NCBI GenBank assembly: GCA_041391925.1
Contig: JAWKNA010000011.1
Coordinates: forward strand, 25,719 to 89,718
Source of the DNA: Gelidibacter sp.
GTDB lineage: Bacteria; Bacteroidota; Bacteroidia; Flavobacteriales; Flavobacteriaceae
Reading direction: 5' to 3'
Length of the DNA: 64,000 nucleotides
The notes below the pieces were generated by a model. It ran no database searches, was not told where the DNA came from, and saw only the letters and a program-made list of their open reading frames with translations. Within the stretch, counting starts at the first letter, position 1, and every line of letters starts with the position of its first letter. Shown piece by piece: positions 11,346 through 21,231 of the stretch. The position numbers and the translations under genes are program-made.

Positions 11346-11359
11346 ATACTCAAGATTCT

Positions 11360-11505
11360 ATAAAAATCAAATCCTATCCGCCTGATGGTGGATAGGATTT
11401 TGACCCCTAACTAAACTAAATTTTAATCTTAACTATTACCGCTTAAATAAAATTAAGATTACCTACTTATGATTATGAAACTAAAGTGAGTTTCAATATA
11501 TCATA
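11360..11505 (-). ncRNA. Candidate small RNA with three hairpins
   Basis: Three consecutive stems and no ORF; weak ECF-like promoter at about 11508-11535; strand uncertain. Confidence 0.3.
11369..11400. terminator. Strong hairpin, possibly a bidirectional terminator
   Basis: AAATCCTATCCGCC-TGAT-GGTGGATAGGATTT between convergent genes. Confidence 0.65.
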
Positions 11506-11550
11506 TATACGTATCGTCTGACAGTTTTGGATTACGCAGATTAGAAAAAT

Positions 11551-12327
11551 TTATATTTTTTTTGCCTCTTCCCAAAACACATCCATTTCGTCTAAAGTCA
11601 TGTCCGACAATTTCTTGTTGATTTCTAAAGATTTAGCTTCCAAATATTGAAATCGTTTAATGAATTTTTTATTGGTTCTTTCTAGAGCATTTTCTGGATT
11701 TATCTTTAAAAAGCGAGCATAATTGATAAGTGAAAATAAAACATCACCAAATTCACTTTCCATGGTATCCCAATTACCTGCATCAGCCTCGTGTTTAAAT
11801 TCCTGCAACTCCTCCTCTACCTTTTCCCAAACTTGGTTTGGTGCTTCCCAATCAAAACCTACACCTGCCACTTTATCCTGAATGCGATTAGCCTTAACCA
11901 TTGCTGGCAAACTTGCAGGAACGCCTTGCAGGACGCTTTTTTTCCCTTTCTCTTTCAATTTGATTTGCTCCCAATTGCGTTTGACGTCTTCTTCATTTTC
12001 AACTTTCACATCACTGTAAATATGTGGGTGTCGCTCTATCAGTTTATCTGAAATGGTATTACAGACATCCGCAATATCAAAAATATTTGTTTCGCTGCCA
12101 ATTCGTGAATAGAAAACAATGTGCAACAACAAGTCGCCCAATTCCTTCTTGACCTCATCCAAATCATTCTCTAAAATGGCATCACCAAGTTCATAAACCT
12201 CCTCAATGGTCAGATGCCGAAGTGTTTCCATGGTTTGTTTCTTGTCCCATGGACATTGCTCTCGCAACTCATCCATGATAACTAGCAACCGCTCGAAGGC
12301 TTTAAGTTGTCGGGTTTTATCTGACAT
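11551..12327 (-). CDS. mazG: Nucleoside triphosphate pyrophosphohydrolase MazG
   Basis: CPWDKKQT, EELGDLLLH-like and EFGDVLFS motifs in tandem MazG domains. Confidence 0.95.
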   Translation of the reverse strand: MSDKTRQLKAFERLLVIMDELREQCPWDKKQTMETLRHLTIEEVYELGDAILENDLDEVKKELGDLLLHIVFYSRIGSETNIFDIADVCNTISDKLIERHPHIYSDVKVENEEDVKRNWEQIKLKEKGKKSVLQGVPASLPAMVKANRIQDKVAGVGFDWEAPNQVWEKVEEELQEFKHEADAGNWDTMESEFGDVLFSLINYARFLKINPENALERTNKKFIKRFQYLEAKSLEINKKLSDMTLDEMDVFWEEAKKI

Positions 12328-12454
12328 AGTTTTGAATTATTTCATCAAAAATACGACTATTAGGAGAGTTCATACAGTCATCAATGGATGTTTCTGTGAA
12401 CAATTTATGAACGGAAAATTAAGATTGGGAAAAAATTTTGTAGTAAAAAGCAAT

Positions 12455-12892
12455 TTATTCTTCCTCTGAAGTGGTATCAGATTTCGCTACTTCCTTGTCT
12501 TCATCCAGCGCACTTAACAAATCGTGCTTTTGCAATAAGTTATACCATTGCACAATTTTCTTGATATCGCTTGGATACACTCGATCTTCGTCATAGTCTG
12601 GAAGCACTTCAAAAAAATATTCTTCCAGAACGCTTTTATCGTCTTTATGATTGATAGAGGTCGCTTTCCCATCTTCTTTGTCCCTTATTTTTTTGAAGAC
12701 TTCTCTCAAAGGTAATTCTTCTTGCAATGTGTAAACAGCAATTTCGCTCAATACACTGACGTTGCTGTGCGCATTGACAGTAATGCGTTTGTTGTCCAAT
12801 AAAGACTCGGCTACAAAACCGCTTCTTATTGGCGTTACCACTTTATACAGCCCAGGTTTACCAGAAATAGAAAGAATTTTATCTAAACTCAT
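12455..12892 (-). CDS. Conserved Bacteroidota protein (DUF5606-like)
   Basis: ILSISGKPGLYK N-terminus; PDYDEDRVYPSDIKK. Confidence 0.75.
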   Translation of the reverse strand: MSLDKILSISGKPGLYKVVTPIRSGFVAESLLDNKRITVNAHSNVSVLSEIAVYTLQEELPLREVFKKIRDKEDGKATSINHKDDKSVLEEYFFEVLPDYDEDRVYPSDIKKIVQWYNLLQKHDLLSALDEDKEVAKSDTTSEEE

Positions 12893-12949
12893 AAATTTTT
12901 ATTGTTGAAGAGAGCAAATATAAAAGTTGGCCCTATTAGTAATCAATTT

Positions 12950-13540
12950 TTAACGTTTCTTTTTTATGTCAGGAAAACGCATTTTATAATCCACATCTAT
13001 TTTTCCTTTGGATATGTTTCCCAATCGTGATTTAATCAAGCGCTTTTTTAAAGCGGAAAGTTTATCGGTAAAAAGAACACCTTCGATATGGTCATATTCG
13101 TGCTGTATGACGCGAGCAATCAAGCCATCAAATTTTTCGGTATGTGTGACAAAATTCTCATCTAGATATTGAATAGTAATATTTGGCTTCCTGAACACAT
13201 CCTCACGGACATCAGGAATACTCAAACAACCTTCATTAAAAGCCCATTCATCTCCAGATTCTTCTAGTATTTTAGCATTTATAAATGTACGTTTAAAGTT
13301 TTTCAATTCTTCCTGTTCTTCCGGAGTGAAATCGTCATCATCCGCAAAAGGGCTTGTGTCAACCAAAAAAAGGCGAATGGGCAGGCCAATTTGTGGTGCA
13401 GCCAAACCGACACCAAAGGCACCATACATCGTGTCATACATATTGGCAATCAATTCCTCCAACTTGGGATAGTCTTTGGAAATATCATCTCCTTTTTTTC
13501 TTAAAACGGCATCACCATAAGCGACAATCGGTAAAATCAT
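12950..13540 (-). CDS. def: Peptide deformylase
   Basis: GVGLAAPQIG, EGCLSIP, QHEYDH. Confidence 0.97.
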   Translation of the reverse strand: MILPIVAYGDAVLRKKGDDISKDYPKLEELIANMYDTMYGAFGVGLAAPQIGLPIRLFLVDTSPFADDDDFTPEEQEELKNFKRTFINAKILEESGDEWAFNEGCLSIPDVREDVFRKPNITIQYLDENFVTHTEKFDGLIARVIQHEYDHIEGVLFTDKLSALKKRLIKSRLGNISKGKIDVDYKMRFPDIKKKR

Positions 13541-13617
13541 GGATTCTTAAATTTTTCAGATGCAAAAATACAAATTTGAAGAGGATTTTGGTTTGTTGTG
13601 ATGAAAATGTTGCAACA

Positions 13618-14031
13618 CTAGCTTTGGGAAGCCATATAACTTTGAAGAATAATGGTTGCACTGATTTCGTCCACTAAGGCTTTGTTTCTCCGTTGTCCTT
13701 TTGTTAAACCACTGTCTATCATGGTCTGGAATGCCATTTTGGAAGTAAATCGTTCATCAACTCTTACAATTGGAATAGAAGGTAAGGTAATTTTCAATTT
13801 ATCAATAAATGATAGAATGGCAGCCTCGCTTTCGGACACCTGATTATTCATCTGCTTTGGTTTTCCAATGACAACTAATTCAACGTTTTCCTTTGTACAA
13901 TACTCTTGTAGAAAAGGCAACAATTTAGAGGTTTCAACCGTTGTCAGACCAGAAGCTATAATCTGAAGCTCATCAGTAACTGCAATGCCTGTGCGTTTGG
14001 TTCCATAATCGATTGCCAATAGTCTTGCCAT
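13618..14031 (-). CDS. ruvX: YqgF/RuvX pre-16S rRNA nuclease / Holliday junction resolvase-like protein
   Basis: LAIDYGTKRTGIA, VDERFTS, DEISATIILQ; ATG 14031 preferred. Confidence 0.93.
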   Translation of the reverse strand: MARLLAIDYGTKRTGIAVTDELQIIASGLTTVETSKLLPFLQEYCTKENVELVVIGKPKQMNNQVSESEAAILSFIDKLKITLPSIPIVRVDERFTSKMAFQTMIDSGLTKGQRRNKALVDEISATIILQSYMASQS

Positions 14032-14133
14032 AGTCTGCAAAGTTAGTGCTTCTATGTAACCAAACATATTTTTTAGACTTGAATTTAAATAAATCAATTA
14101 TAGACCTATCTTTGTAAAAATTGAAACCGTCAC

Positions 14134-14949
14134 ATGAAACAACTGATCCATAACATTGAAAACGCTTGGGAAGACCGTACCCTTTTAACTAATGATGTAA
14201 CAATTGAAAGCATAAAAAATGTTATCGATCTTTTGGATGCAGGTACACTTCGCGTTGCAGAACCAACCGATAATGGTTGGCAGGTGAACGAATGGGTCAA
14301 AAAAGCGGTGGTCATGTATTTCCCTATCCAAAAAATGGAAACTTGGGAAGCAGGTATTTTTGAATATCATGATAAAATCCCTTTGAAGCGTGACTATGCC
14401 AATAAAGGAATTCGTGTGGTGCCAAATGCCGTAGCACGTCATGGTGCTTATATTTCCAAGGGAGTGATAATGATGCCAAGTTATGTGAACATTGGTGCCT
14501 ATGTGGACGAAGGAACTATGGTAGACACTTGGGCTACAGTTGGCAGTTGTGCACAGATTGGAAAAAATGTCCATTTATCAGGTGGTGTTGGTATTGGTGG
14601 CGTATTAGAGCCATTACAAGCCGCTCCGGTAATTATTGAAGATAATGCGTTCATTGGAAGCCGCTGCATTGTTGTGGAAGGTGTGCGTGTAGAAAAAGAA
14701 GCCGTTCTTGGTGCGAATGTGGTTTTGACCGCTTCAACCAAAATTATTGATGTAACTGGTAAAAAACCAAAAGAAATGAAAGGTGTGGTTCCTGCACGTT
14801 CTGTCGTGATTCCTGGAAGCTACACCAAAAAATTCCCTGCAGGCGATTACCAAGTACCATGTGCATTAATCATTGGCACTCGAAAAGAAAGCACCAATAA
14901 AAAGACGTCATTGAACGATGCCTTACGGGAATATAATGTGGCGGTATAA
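14134..14949 (+). CDS. dapD: Tetrahydrodipicolinate N-succinyltransferase
   Basis: WQVNEWVKKAV, VDTWATVGSCAQIG, GGVLEPLQA. Confidence 0.96.
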   Translation: MKQLIHNIENAWEDRTLLTNDVTIESIKNVIDLLDAGTLRVAEPTDNGWQVNEWVKKAVVMYFPIQKMETWEAGIFEYHDKIPLKRDYANKGIRVVPNAVARHGAYISKGVIMMPSYVNIGAYVDEGTMVDTWATVGSCAQIGKNVHLSGGVGIGGVLEPLQAAPVIIEDNAFIGSRCIVVEGVRVEKEAVLGANVVLTASTKIIDVTGKKPKEMKGVVPARSVVIPGSYTKKFPAGDYQVPCALIIGTRKESTNKKTSLNDALREYNVAV

Positions 14950-14952
14950 ACA

Positions 14953-15612
14953 ATGAATAAAGTCAACAACGTACTTTGGACTGGTGGTTGGGATTCTACC
15001 TTTAGAATTATTCAACTGTACCGTGTTGGTGCGACCATTCAACCTATTTATGTCCTGGATCATAATCGGATATCTTCCAAAAAAGAGTTGGGAGTTATTG
15101 AAAAATTGACAAAAGAAATTCCTTTAAAGTTCACAAAATCCCAAGGCAAGATACTCCCTTTGATAATCATAAAAAGAGAGAACATATCATCAGATTTATT
15201 TCTTAAGGTAATCCACAAATTTATCCGATCAAAAGTAGGTATCGGTAAACAATATTATTGGCTTGCATGTCTAGCAAAAAACTATCGAGATTTAGAAGTT
15301 TCCTTGCACAAAGAAGATATGTATCGCTTTTTTTCCATAGAACAACTCATTAAATTTGAGGATGGCAAGTTGGGACCCAATTGGCGAATAAATCCAAAAA
15401 AAGTAGATTTTTTCAGAAGACACCTTTTTTCAGGGATGACATTCCCTTTAAACACCATTTCCAAACCTGAAATGAAGCATATTTCTGAAGCCAACAACTT
15501 TTTTGATTTAATGGAACAGACCTGGTTTTGCCATAAATCAAACGACCGACCATGTGGGAAATGCAACCCTTGCAAACAATATATAAGAGATGGGTTTGGT
15601 TTTCGATTGTAA
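14953..15612 (+). CDS. QueC-like PP-loop ATPase with a C-terminal Cys cluster
   Basis: WTGGWDST PP-loop; TWFCH...PCGKCNPC. Confidence 0.65.
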   Translation: MNKVNNVLWTGGWDSTFRIIQLYRVGATIQPIYVLDHNRISSKKELGVIEKLTKEIPLKFTKSQGKILPLIIIKRENISSDLFLKVIHKFIRSKVGIGKQYYWLACLAKNYRDLEVSLHKEDMYRFFSIEQLIKFEDGKLGPNWRINPKKVDFFRRHLFSGMTFPLNTISKPEMKHISEANNFFDLMEQTWFCHKSNDRPCGKCNPCKQYIRDGFGFRL

Positions 15613-15725
15613 TAGTTTAGACACAAATTTAAAACTCAACAACTTTAATTGGGCATAGACTTAAGCGAAGCAGCTCACTATAACTGAAAAAAAATTAGCA
15701 TACATTTGCTAAAACCTGAAAATCA

Positions 15726-16634
15726 ATGCTAGAAAGTGTTCAAAGATTTATAGCTAGAACTGCTAGAAAAATGCGATTTCTACCGTCCGAAATATATGTC
15801 AAATACCATTACAACTACTTTACAGGTAAAAAATTAAATTTAGAAAATCCAAGAGAGTTTAACGAGAAAGTAGAATGGTACAAAGTCTATTATCGTCCCA
15901 AGATTCTGACACAATTGGCAGACAAATATGAAGTTAGGTCTTATGTGGAACAAAAAATTGGAACGCAATACCTAAATGAGCTATACGCAGTTTATGATAA
16001 TGCCAACGCTATAGATTTTGATAGTTTGCCAAATCAGTTTGTTGTTAAAGCAAACCATACAAACAATCATAATTTAATTGTAAAAGACAAAAAAAATCTT
16101 GACAGAGAAAAAGCCATTAAACTGCTCAATAAATGGTTAAAAAAGAATCAATATTATAGAAGAGGACAAGAGTGGGCATATAAAGATATCAAGCCAAAAC
16201 TAGTGATTGAGAAGTTTTTAAAAGAAACAGATAAAAACACTTTAGTGGATTACAAATTTTACTGTTTCAATGGCAAGCCCAAGTTTATTGATGTACATAT
16301 GGATAGAGAGGACGATCATAAACAAGGATGTTTTGATCTAGAATTTAATTTGTTGCCATTCGGAAAAAGTAAAAACTATAAAAGCATTTCTTCTGATATT
16401 GAAAAACCAAGCAACCTATCGGAAATGATAGAACTCTCAGAGCAATTGGCAGATGATTTGCCTTTCGTGAGGGTAGATTTTTATTCCGTAAACGGAAAAT
16501 CCATATTTGGAGAAATGACATTTTATCCGTCTGATGCCAGAAATGATTTCTATCCGGATGAATACAATACCGTTATTGGCGACTATTTTATCCTTCCAAA
16601 ATTTGAAAAAGGACAAAAAATTATTACTAAATAA
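15726..16634 (+). CDS. TupA-like ATP-grasp amidoligase
   Basis: ADKYEVRSYV, FVVKANH, DYKFYCFNG, VRVDFY, FGEMTFYP. Confidence 0.88.
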   Translation: MLESVQRFIARTARKMRFLPSEIYVKYHYNYFTGKKLNLENPREFNEKVEWYKVYYRPKILTQLADKYEVRSYVEQKIGTQYLNELYAVYDNANAIDFDSLPNQFVVKANHTNNHNLIVKDKKNLDREKAIKLLNKWLKKNQYYRRGQEWAYKDIKPKLVIEKFLKETDKNTLVDYKFYCFNGKPKFIDVHMDREDDHKQGCFDLEFNLLPFGKSKNYKSISSDIEKPSNLSEMIELSEQLADDLPFVRVDFYSVNGKSIFGEMTFYPSDARNDFYPDEYNTVIGDYFILPKFEKGQKIITK

Positions 16635-16658
16635 ACTAAAATTCAATATTCCAAATCC

Positions 16659-17600
16659 ATGGCAGTAGACATTCAAGAATATCCCATAGATGCAGTCATA
16701 ATGTGGGTTGATGGAAGTGATGAAAAGCATAAACAAAAAATACTTCCATATATTGAAGACAAAGAAAAAACCAAATCCAAAAAGTTCAGGACCAGATTTG
16801 ACCAAGTAAACGAGATTAAGTTTACAATCGATTCGATAATAAAATTCGCTCCATACGTTAGAAACATATTTATTGTTACCGATGATCAGACACCAAGTTT
16901 TTTAAAGAAAAAAAACAACGATGGCATTTACAACAATGTGCACATAGTTGACCATAAAGTTATATTTGAAGGTTATCATGAGTATTTACCAACGTTCAAT
17001 TGTAGGCCAATAGAATCCTGCCTTTACAGAATACCCGAATTGGCTGAGCACTTTATTTATTTAAATGATGACTTTTTTTTAATCAACGAAACAAAACCTA
17101 CAGACTTTTTCATAGAAGGATTTCCTGTATTGAGAGGAAAATGGCTGAAATTTGACAAGGACATCCGTTATAAAAAATTTAAGAAAATAAAATTGGGTCA
17201 CAAATCTGTGCAGCAGAATGCGGCTCGGCTCATCGGTTTCGATACGTATTACAATTTTAAGCATACGCCACATCCATTAAGAAAATCAACGTTTAAAAAT
17301 TATTTTGATGCCAACCAAAATGTATTTATCGAAAACATAAAGCATAAGTTTAGAGATCCATCACAGTTCACTCCTCAAGGTCTTGCAAATCATCTCGAAA
17401 TTAAAAACAAGACATGTTTTTTAAAAGACGATTTACAATTAATATACTTTAGATCTTACAAAAAACCACTATTTTGGTATAAATTCAAATTGAACACACA
17501 AAGTAAAGGCAAACTGTTTTTGGGAATGCAAAGTCTAGATCTCTGTCCACTACCAATTTTAAACTATCTTTTGCATTGGTTGGAAAAACGTATGAAATAA
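16659..17600 (+). CDS. Stealth family sugar-phosphate transferase
   Basis: IDAVIMWVDGSD (CR1), LPTFN..IE, HFIYLNDDFF (CR2). Confidence 0.88.
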   Translation: MAVDIQEYPIDAVIMWVDGSDEKHKQKILPYIEDKEKTKSKKFRTRFDQVNEIKFTIDSIIKFAPYVRNIFIVTDDQTPSFLKKKNNDGIYNNVHIVDHKVIFEGYHEYLPTFNCRPIESCLYRIPELAEHFIYLNDDFFLINETKPTDFFIEGFPVLRGKWLKFDKDIRYKKFKKIKLGHKSVQQNAARLIGFDTYYNFKHTPHPLRKSTFKNYFDANQNVFIENIKHKFRDPSQFTPQGLANHLEIKNKTCFLKDDLQLIYFRSYKKPLFWYKFKLNTQSKGKLFLGMQSLDLCPLPILNYLLHWLEKRMK

Positions 17601-17622
17601 AAAGATCGTAAAACTTTTGAAA

Positions 17623-18711
17623 ATGTCTTACAAGTTTTTGATATACATATCCTATAGCTATTCCGTACCCATCGGGAAACCTTTGGAAGAAGAAATCATT
17701 CATAGAAATTACACCGTAAAATGGTTTAGTGATTTGGATGATGGAAGAAAAGCTCTAGAAGCTAAACAAAATACCTTAAATGATATTCAAGATGTTATTG
17801 ATTATCAACCAGATATTGTATTGACTGCAACAGATAGTGTAGCAGATTTTATATCAGGACTTAAAGTGCAGGTCTTTCACGGCTTTAATGCAGAAAAACG
17901 ACCAGAAGGAAATAATTCATTTGCCCATTTCAGGATTCGAGGCTTTTTTGATTTGTACTGCACCCAAGGACCTTCCACCACTTCGGGTTTCAAGGTACAA
18001 CAGAAAATACATCCACATTTTGAGGTGATTGAAACCGGTTGGTCAAAAGTCGATCCCTTATTTCCGGCGACCTCGAAAAAACATAACGCAAAACCCATAG
18101 TCATGATAGCTTCAACTTTCACGGAGCGATTGAGCTTATCCTATCGGGATGATGTTTTTGAAGTGATAAAAAAGATATCCAAAAAGGGTGATTACAAATT
18201 TATCATGGTATTGCATCCCAAACTACCTACTCAAATAAAACATAAGTGGCAAACATTAGACGGAGAACATTTTACCTATTTTGATACGACTGATTTGATT
18301 CCTTTATTTAAAGAATCTGATATTATGTTTTCTGATACCACATCAGCAATCCAGGAGTTTCTGCTTCAAAAGAAACCTGTTGTCACTTTCAACCACACCT
18401 TTGACCATGACTATCTCATCAACATAACCGATGCTCAATTGATTGAAACTTCAATAAAGGAAGCATTAAAATATCCTAATCCATTAATGGACAACATTGC
18501 CAACTTTATTGAAAATTTGCATCCTTATTACGATGGAAAATCAAGTAAACGTGTAATTGATGCAAGTATTGATTTTTTACATGCAGATAAGTCTTATTTA
18601 AATTCCAAACCCTTGAATTTAATCAGGAAATATAAAATGAGAAAACGGTTGAATTATTTTACCCTTAAAAGTTTTAATAGACATTATACAATACAAAAGG
18701 ATTCAGATTAG
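17623..18711 (+). CDS. CDP-glycerol glycerophosphotransferase (TagB/TagF-like) family protein
   Basis: VQVFHG, ETGWSKVD, ASTFT, LHP, SDTTSAIQEF. Confidence 0.75.
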   Translation: MSYKFLIYISYSYSVPIGKPLEEEIIHRNYTVKWFSDLDDGRKALEAKQNTLNDIQDVIDYQPDIVLTATDSVADFISGLKVQVFHGFNAEKRPEGNNSFAHFRIRGFFDLYCTQGPSTTSGFKVQQKIHPHFEVIETGWSKVDPLFPATSKKHNAKPIVMIASTFTERLSLSYRDDVFEVIKKISKKGDYKFIMVLHPKLPTQIKHKWQTLDGEHFTYFDTTDLIPLFKESDIMFSDTTSAIQEFLLQKKPVVTFNHTFDHDYLINITDAQLIETSIKEALKYPNPLMDNIANFIENLHPYYDGKSSKRVIDASIDFLHADKSYLNSKPLNLIRKYKMRKRLNYFTLKSFNRHYTIQKDSD

Positions 18712-18722
18712 TTACAACCTGA

Positions 18723-19541
18723 TTATTTAACAATCCCATAAATCGTCCAAGAACTATTAGTTTTTAAAACATCCTTTCTTATTTGTTTGTTCAAAAGCAA
18801 ATCATCATTGTTCTTATAAGGCCTACAGTGATATAAATGTAGACAAATCAAGCTATAGCGTGCTTGAATAAATCTGACTCCATTATTCATCATCCGCTCG
18901 CCAAGCTCCCTGTCTTCACCGCCATATTTCATACGTTCGTCAAATCCGTTGACATCCAGTAAATCTTGTTTCCAAGCGGACACATTCATACCATCAAATG
19001 TAGCTTTTGTGGGTGTAAAAGTATTCAGCAACCAAGCTTTAAAACCGTTTGATGTCAGCTTATTGTTCTTGAAGGTTTTTTTCAATCCTTTATGAATCAA
19101 CCAATCAGAGTTGAAACACTTTCCCTCTGCAATGTCCCTATTGGTTATGATATTAGATAAGTGTTCTGACAACCTGAAATACCCTCCCGAAAGAGCACAT
19201 GCATCTTTCCGCATTCGCAAATGTGTCTCTACAAAATCTTTTCTGGCAAGACAATCGCCATCAGTAAAAATCAAATAATCGGATACGCTCTCCATAATGG
19301 CCTTGTTAAGTATAATGGTCTTTTGAAAACCGTTATCTTCATGCCAAACGTGTTTGATGCTTAATTTGGAATCTTTCACAAAGCCATCAATCACCTGCTT
19401 GGTTTCGACAGTTGATCCATCATCTGCAATGATGATTTCAAAGTTGGTCTCTGTCTGCAATTCATAACTCCATAGCACTTTCTCCAACCATTGTGGTTGG
19501 TTATAAGTACTTATAATTACTGAAGCTTTTAGTGAGTTCAT
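18723..19541 (-). CDS. GT2 glycosyltransferase
   Basis: SVIISTYN, IIADDGS, FTDGDC, NGFDERMKYGGED. Confidence 0.9.
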   Translation of the reverse strand: MNSLKASVIISTYNQPQWLEKVLWSYELQTETNFEIIIADDGSTVETKQVIDGFVKDSKLSIKHVWHEDNGFQKTIILNKAIMESVSDYLIFTDGDCLARKDFVETHLRMRKDACALSGGYFRLSEHLSNIITNRDIAEGKCFNSDWLIHKGLKKTFKNNKLTSNGFKAWLLNTFTPTKATFDGMNVSAWKQDLLDVNGFDERMKYGGEDRELGERMMNNGVRFIQARYSLICLHLYHCRPYKNNDDLLLNKQIRKDVLKTNSSWTIYGIVK

Positions 19542-19582
19542 ATTGCCAAAAGTAGTATTTTTACTCGGCAATTTGAATACAA

Positions 19583-20347
19583 ATGGTGAAACTTTCGGGA
19601 GTGGTAATTACCTATAATGAAGAGCGCAACATTGAAAAATGTTTACAGTCGCTGGCTGATGTTGTGGATGAAATTGTGGTGGTCGATTCGCTTTCCACCG
19701 ATGCTACAGTTGCCATTTGCAAACGCTTCAATGTAAAAATTGTTGAACAGCCTTTTTTGGGATATGTTGAACAGAAAAATTTTGCTCTGCAACAAGCATC
19801 CCATGATTATATTGTTTCGCTTGATGGTGATGAAGCCCTGTCTGAAACACTTCAGAAATCTATTATTGATTTGAAACACAACTGGAAGCACGATGGTTAT
19901 TATTGCAATAGATTCAATCATTTTTGTGGCCAATGGATAAAGCATTCAGATTGGTATCCGAATAAAAAATTACGGGTTTTTGATAGAAGAAAAGCTGCGT
20001 GGCAAGGACACCACATTCATGAAACAATAAAAATAGAGGGCAAATCGAAGAACATCGGGCAATTAAAGGGTGATATTTTGCACTGGACATACAGGAGTTA
20101 TTCGGAATTTAACCTGAAAACCGAGCATTTTTCTACCCTTTCTGCTCAATCCTATTTTGAATTAGGAAAAAAAGCACCACTTTGGAAAATTGTGTTCCAT
20201 CCGCTTTGGGCTTTTTTTAAAGCGTATATTTTAAGGCTTGGCTTTTTGGATGGTTTTAATGGTTTAGTAATTTGCGCCCAGACTGCCAACATCACATTTT
20301 TAAAATATATTAAACTTAAAGAATTGATTAAAAAGCAATCCTATTAA
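19583..20347 (+). CDS. GT2 glycosyltransferase (KdtX/LgtF-like LPS glucosyltransferase)
   Basis: VITYNEERNI, VDSLSTD, QKNFAL, LDGDE, LGFLDGFNG. Confidence 0.88.
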   Translation: MVKLSGVVITYNEERNIEKCLQSLADVVDEIVVVDSLSTDATVAICKRFNVKIVEQPFLGYVEQKNFALQQASHDYIVSLDGDEALSETLQKSIIDLKHNWKHDGYYCNRFNHFCGQWIKHSDWYPNKKLRVFDRRKAAWQGHHIHETIKIEGKSKNIGQLKGDILHWTYRSYSEFNLKTEHFSTLSAQSYFELGKKAPLWKIVFHPLWAFFKAYILRLGFLDGFNGLVICAQTANITFLKYIKLKELIKKQSY

Positions 20348-21105
20348 ACTTTCCAAAACTTCAATTTCTTTTTGAGCCTTTTTTTTCGATGGAACTTCAA
20401 TTGAAAATCTTCGGTATTTTTCCACATCAAGTTAAAAACCTCTTCGTAAGGCTTTCCATAAAGTTTTGCATACTCATCACTCATCACTTCCACCATAGAT
20501 TTATGTGTGGCTAAGCGTTCAAAGTTTTTCATCCGAGCTTGAAAATCCATAGGCTGAAATTCCATTCTGTTCAGGTCAACCAAAAAGAATTTATAGTCAT
20601 TGCCTTCAATTTTGATAAGTGTATTTCCTGGTGAATGGTCCAAAAAGTTGATTCCTTTTTCGTGCAATTGAAAAGTAAACTGTGTAAAAGCTCTCAAAAT
20701 AGCTTCATGGTTAGGATAAGTCAAATTCTTTGTCAAGTCCCTGTAAGTTAGGTCACACTCCAAATGCTCACTAACGTAATAGCTTTTTTTGAACAAAAAC
20801 AATGTTGCGAATTCATAGTATGCAATAGGTTGAGGCGTGCCAAAACCCAACTTAATCAACTTATTGGCATATTCAAAGGAGCGCTGAGCTTTTCCTTTTC
20901 GAAAAAATCTATAGACAATTTGATTGACAGGATTAGGAATTTTGAACGATTTGATGTTCAAGACCAAACCGTCCATCTCAAATGTTTTAAGCGAATTTCT
21001 ATTTTGCTTTATAAAGAGTTTTCCTTGAGAATCAAAATTATTTATAAAACCGTCTAAACTAGCTCTATATTTTTTAAACTCATCTTGAATTACTGATTTG
21101 CTCAT
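20344..21105 (-). CDS. Kdo/WaaP/InaA-family lipopolysaccharide kinase
   Basis: IKSFK, KAQRSFEYA, TPQPIAY, DHSPGNTL, LVDLNR. Confidence 0.8.
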   Translation of the reverse strand: MSKSVIQDEFKKYRASLDGFINNFDSQGKLFIKQNRNSLKTFEMDGLVLNIKSFKIPNPVNQIVYRFFRKGKAQRSFEYANKLIKLGFGTPQPIAYYEFATLFLFKKSYYVSEHLECDLTYRDLTKNLTYPNHEAILRAFTQFTFQLHEKGINFLDHSPGNTLIKIEGNDYKFFLVDLNRMEFQPMDFQARMKNFERLATHKSMVEVMSDEYAKLYGKPYEEVFNLMWKNTEDFQLKFHRKKRLKKKLKFWKV

Positions 21106-21231
21106 GTTGCAAAATTAAAACTATTCAATCATTATAATTGGCCACATTCAGAAAAAGTTCTACACTTTTAAATTTACTTCTTTCGGATGTATGGCATAAT
21201 ATTAATTATATTCGTAATCATAATTTAATTG

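Noticed and set aside
11551-12327. MazG as an anti-phage or abortive-infection gene
   Set aside because: Full-length tandem-domain housekeeping type in a core-gene context.
12368-12412. GTTCATA...TATGAAC inverted repeat upstream of mazG
   Set aside because: Only 7 bp with a long spacer in AT-rich DNA; insufficient evidence.
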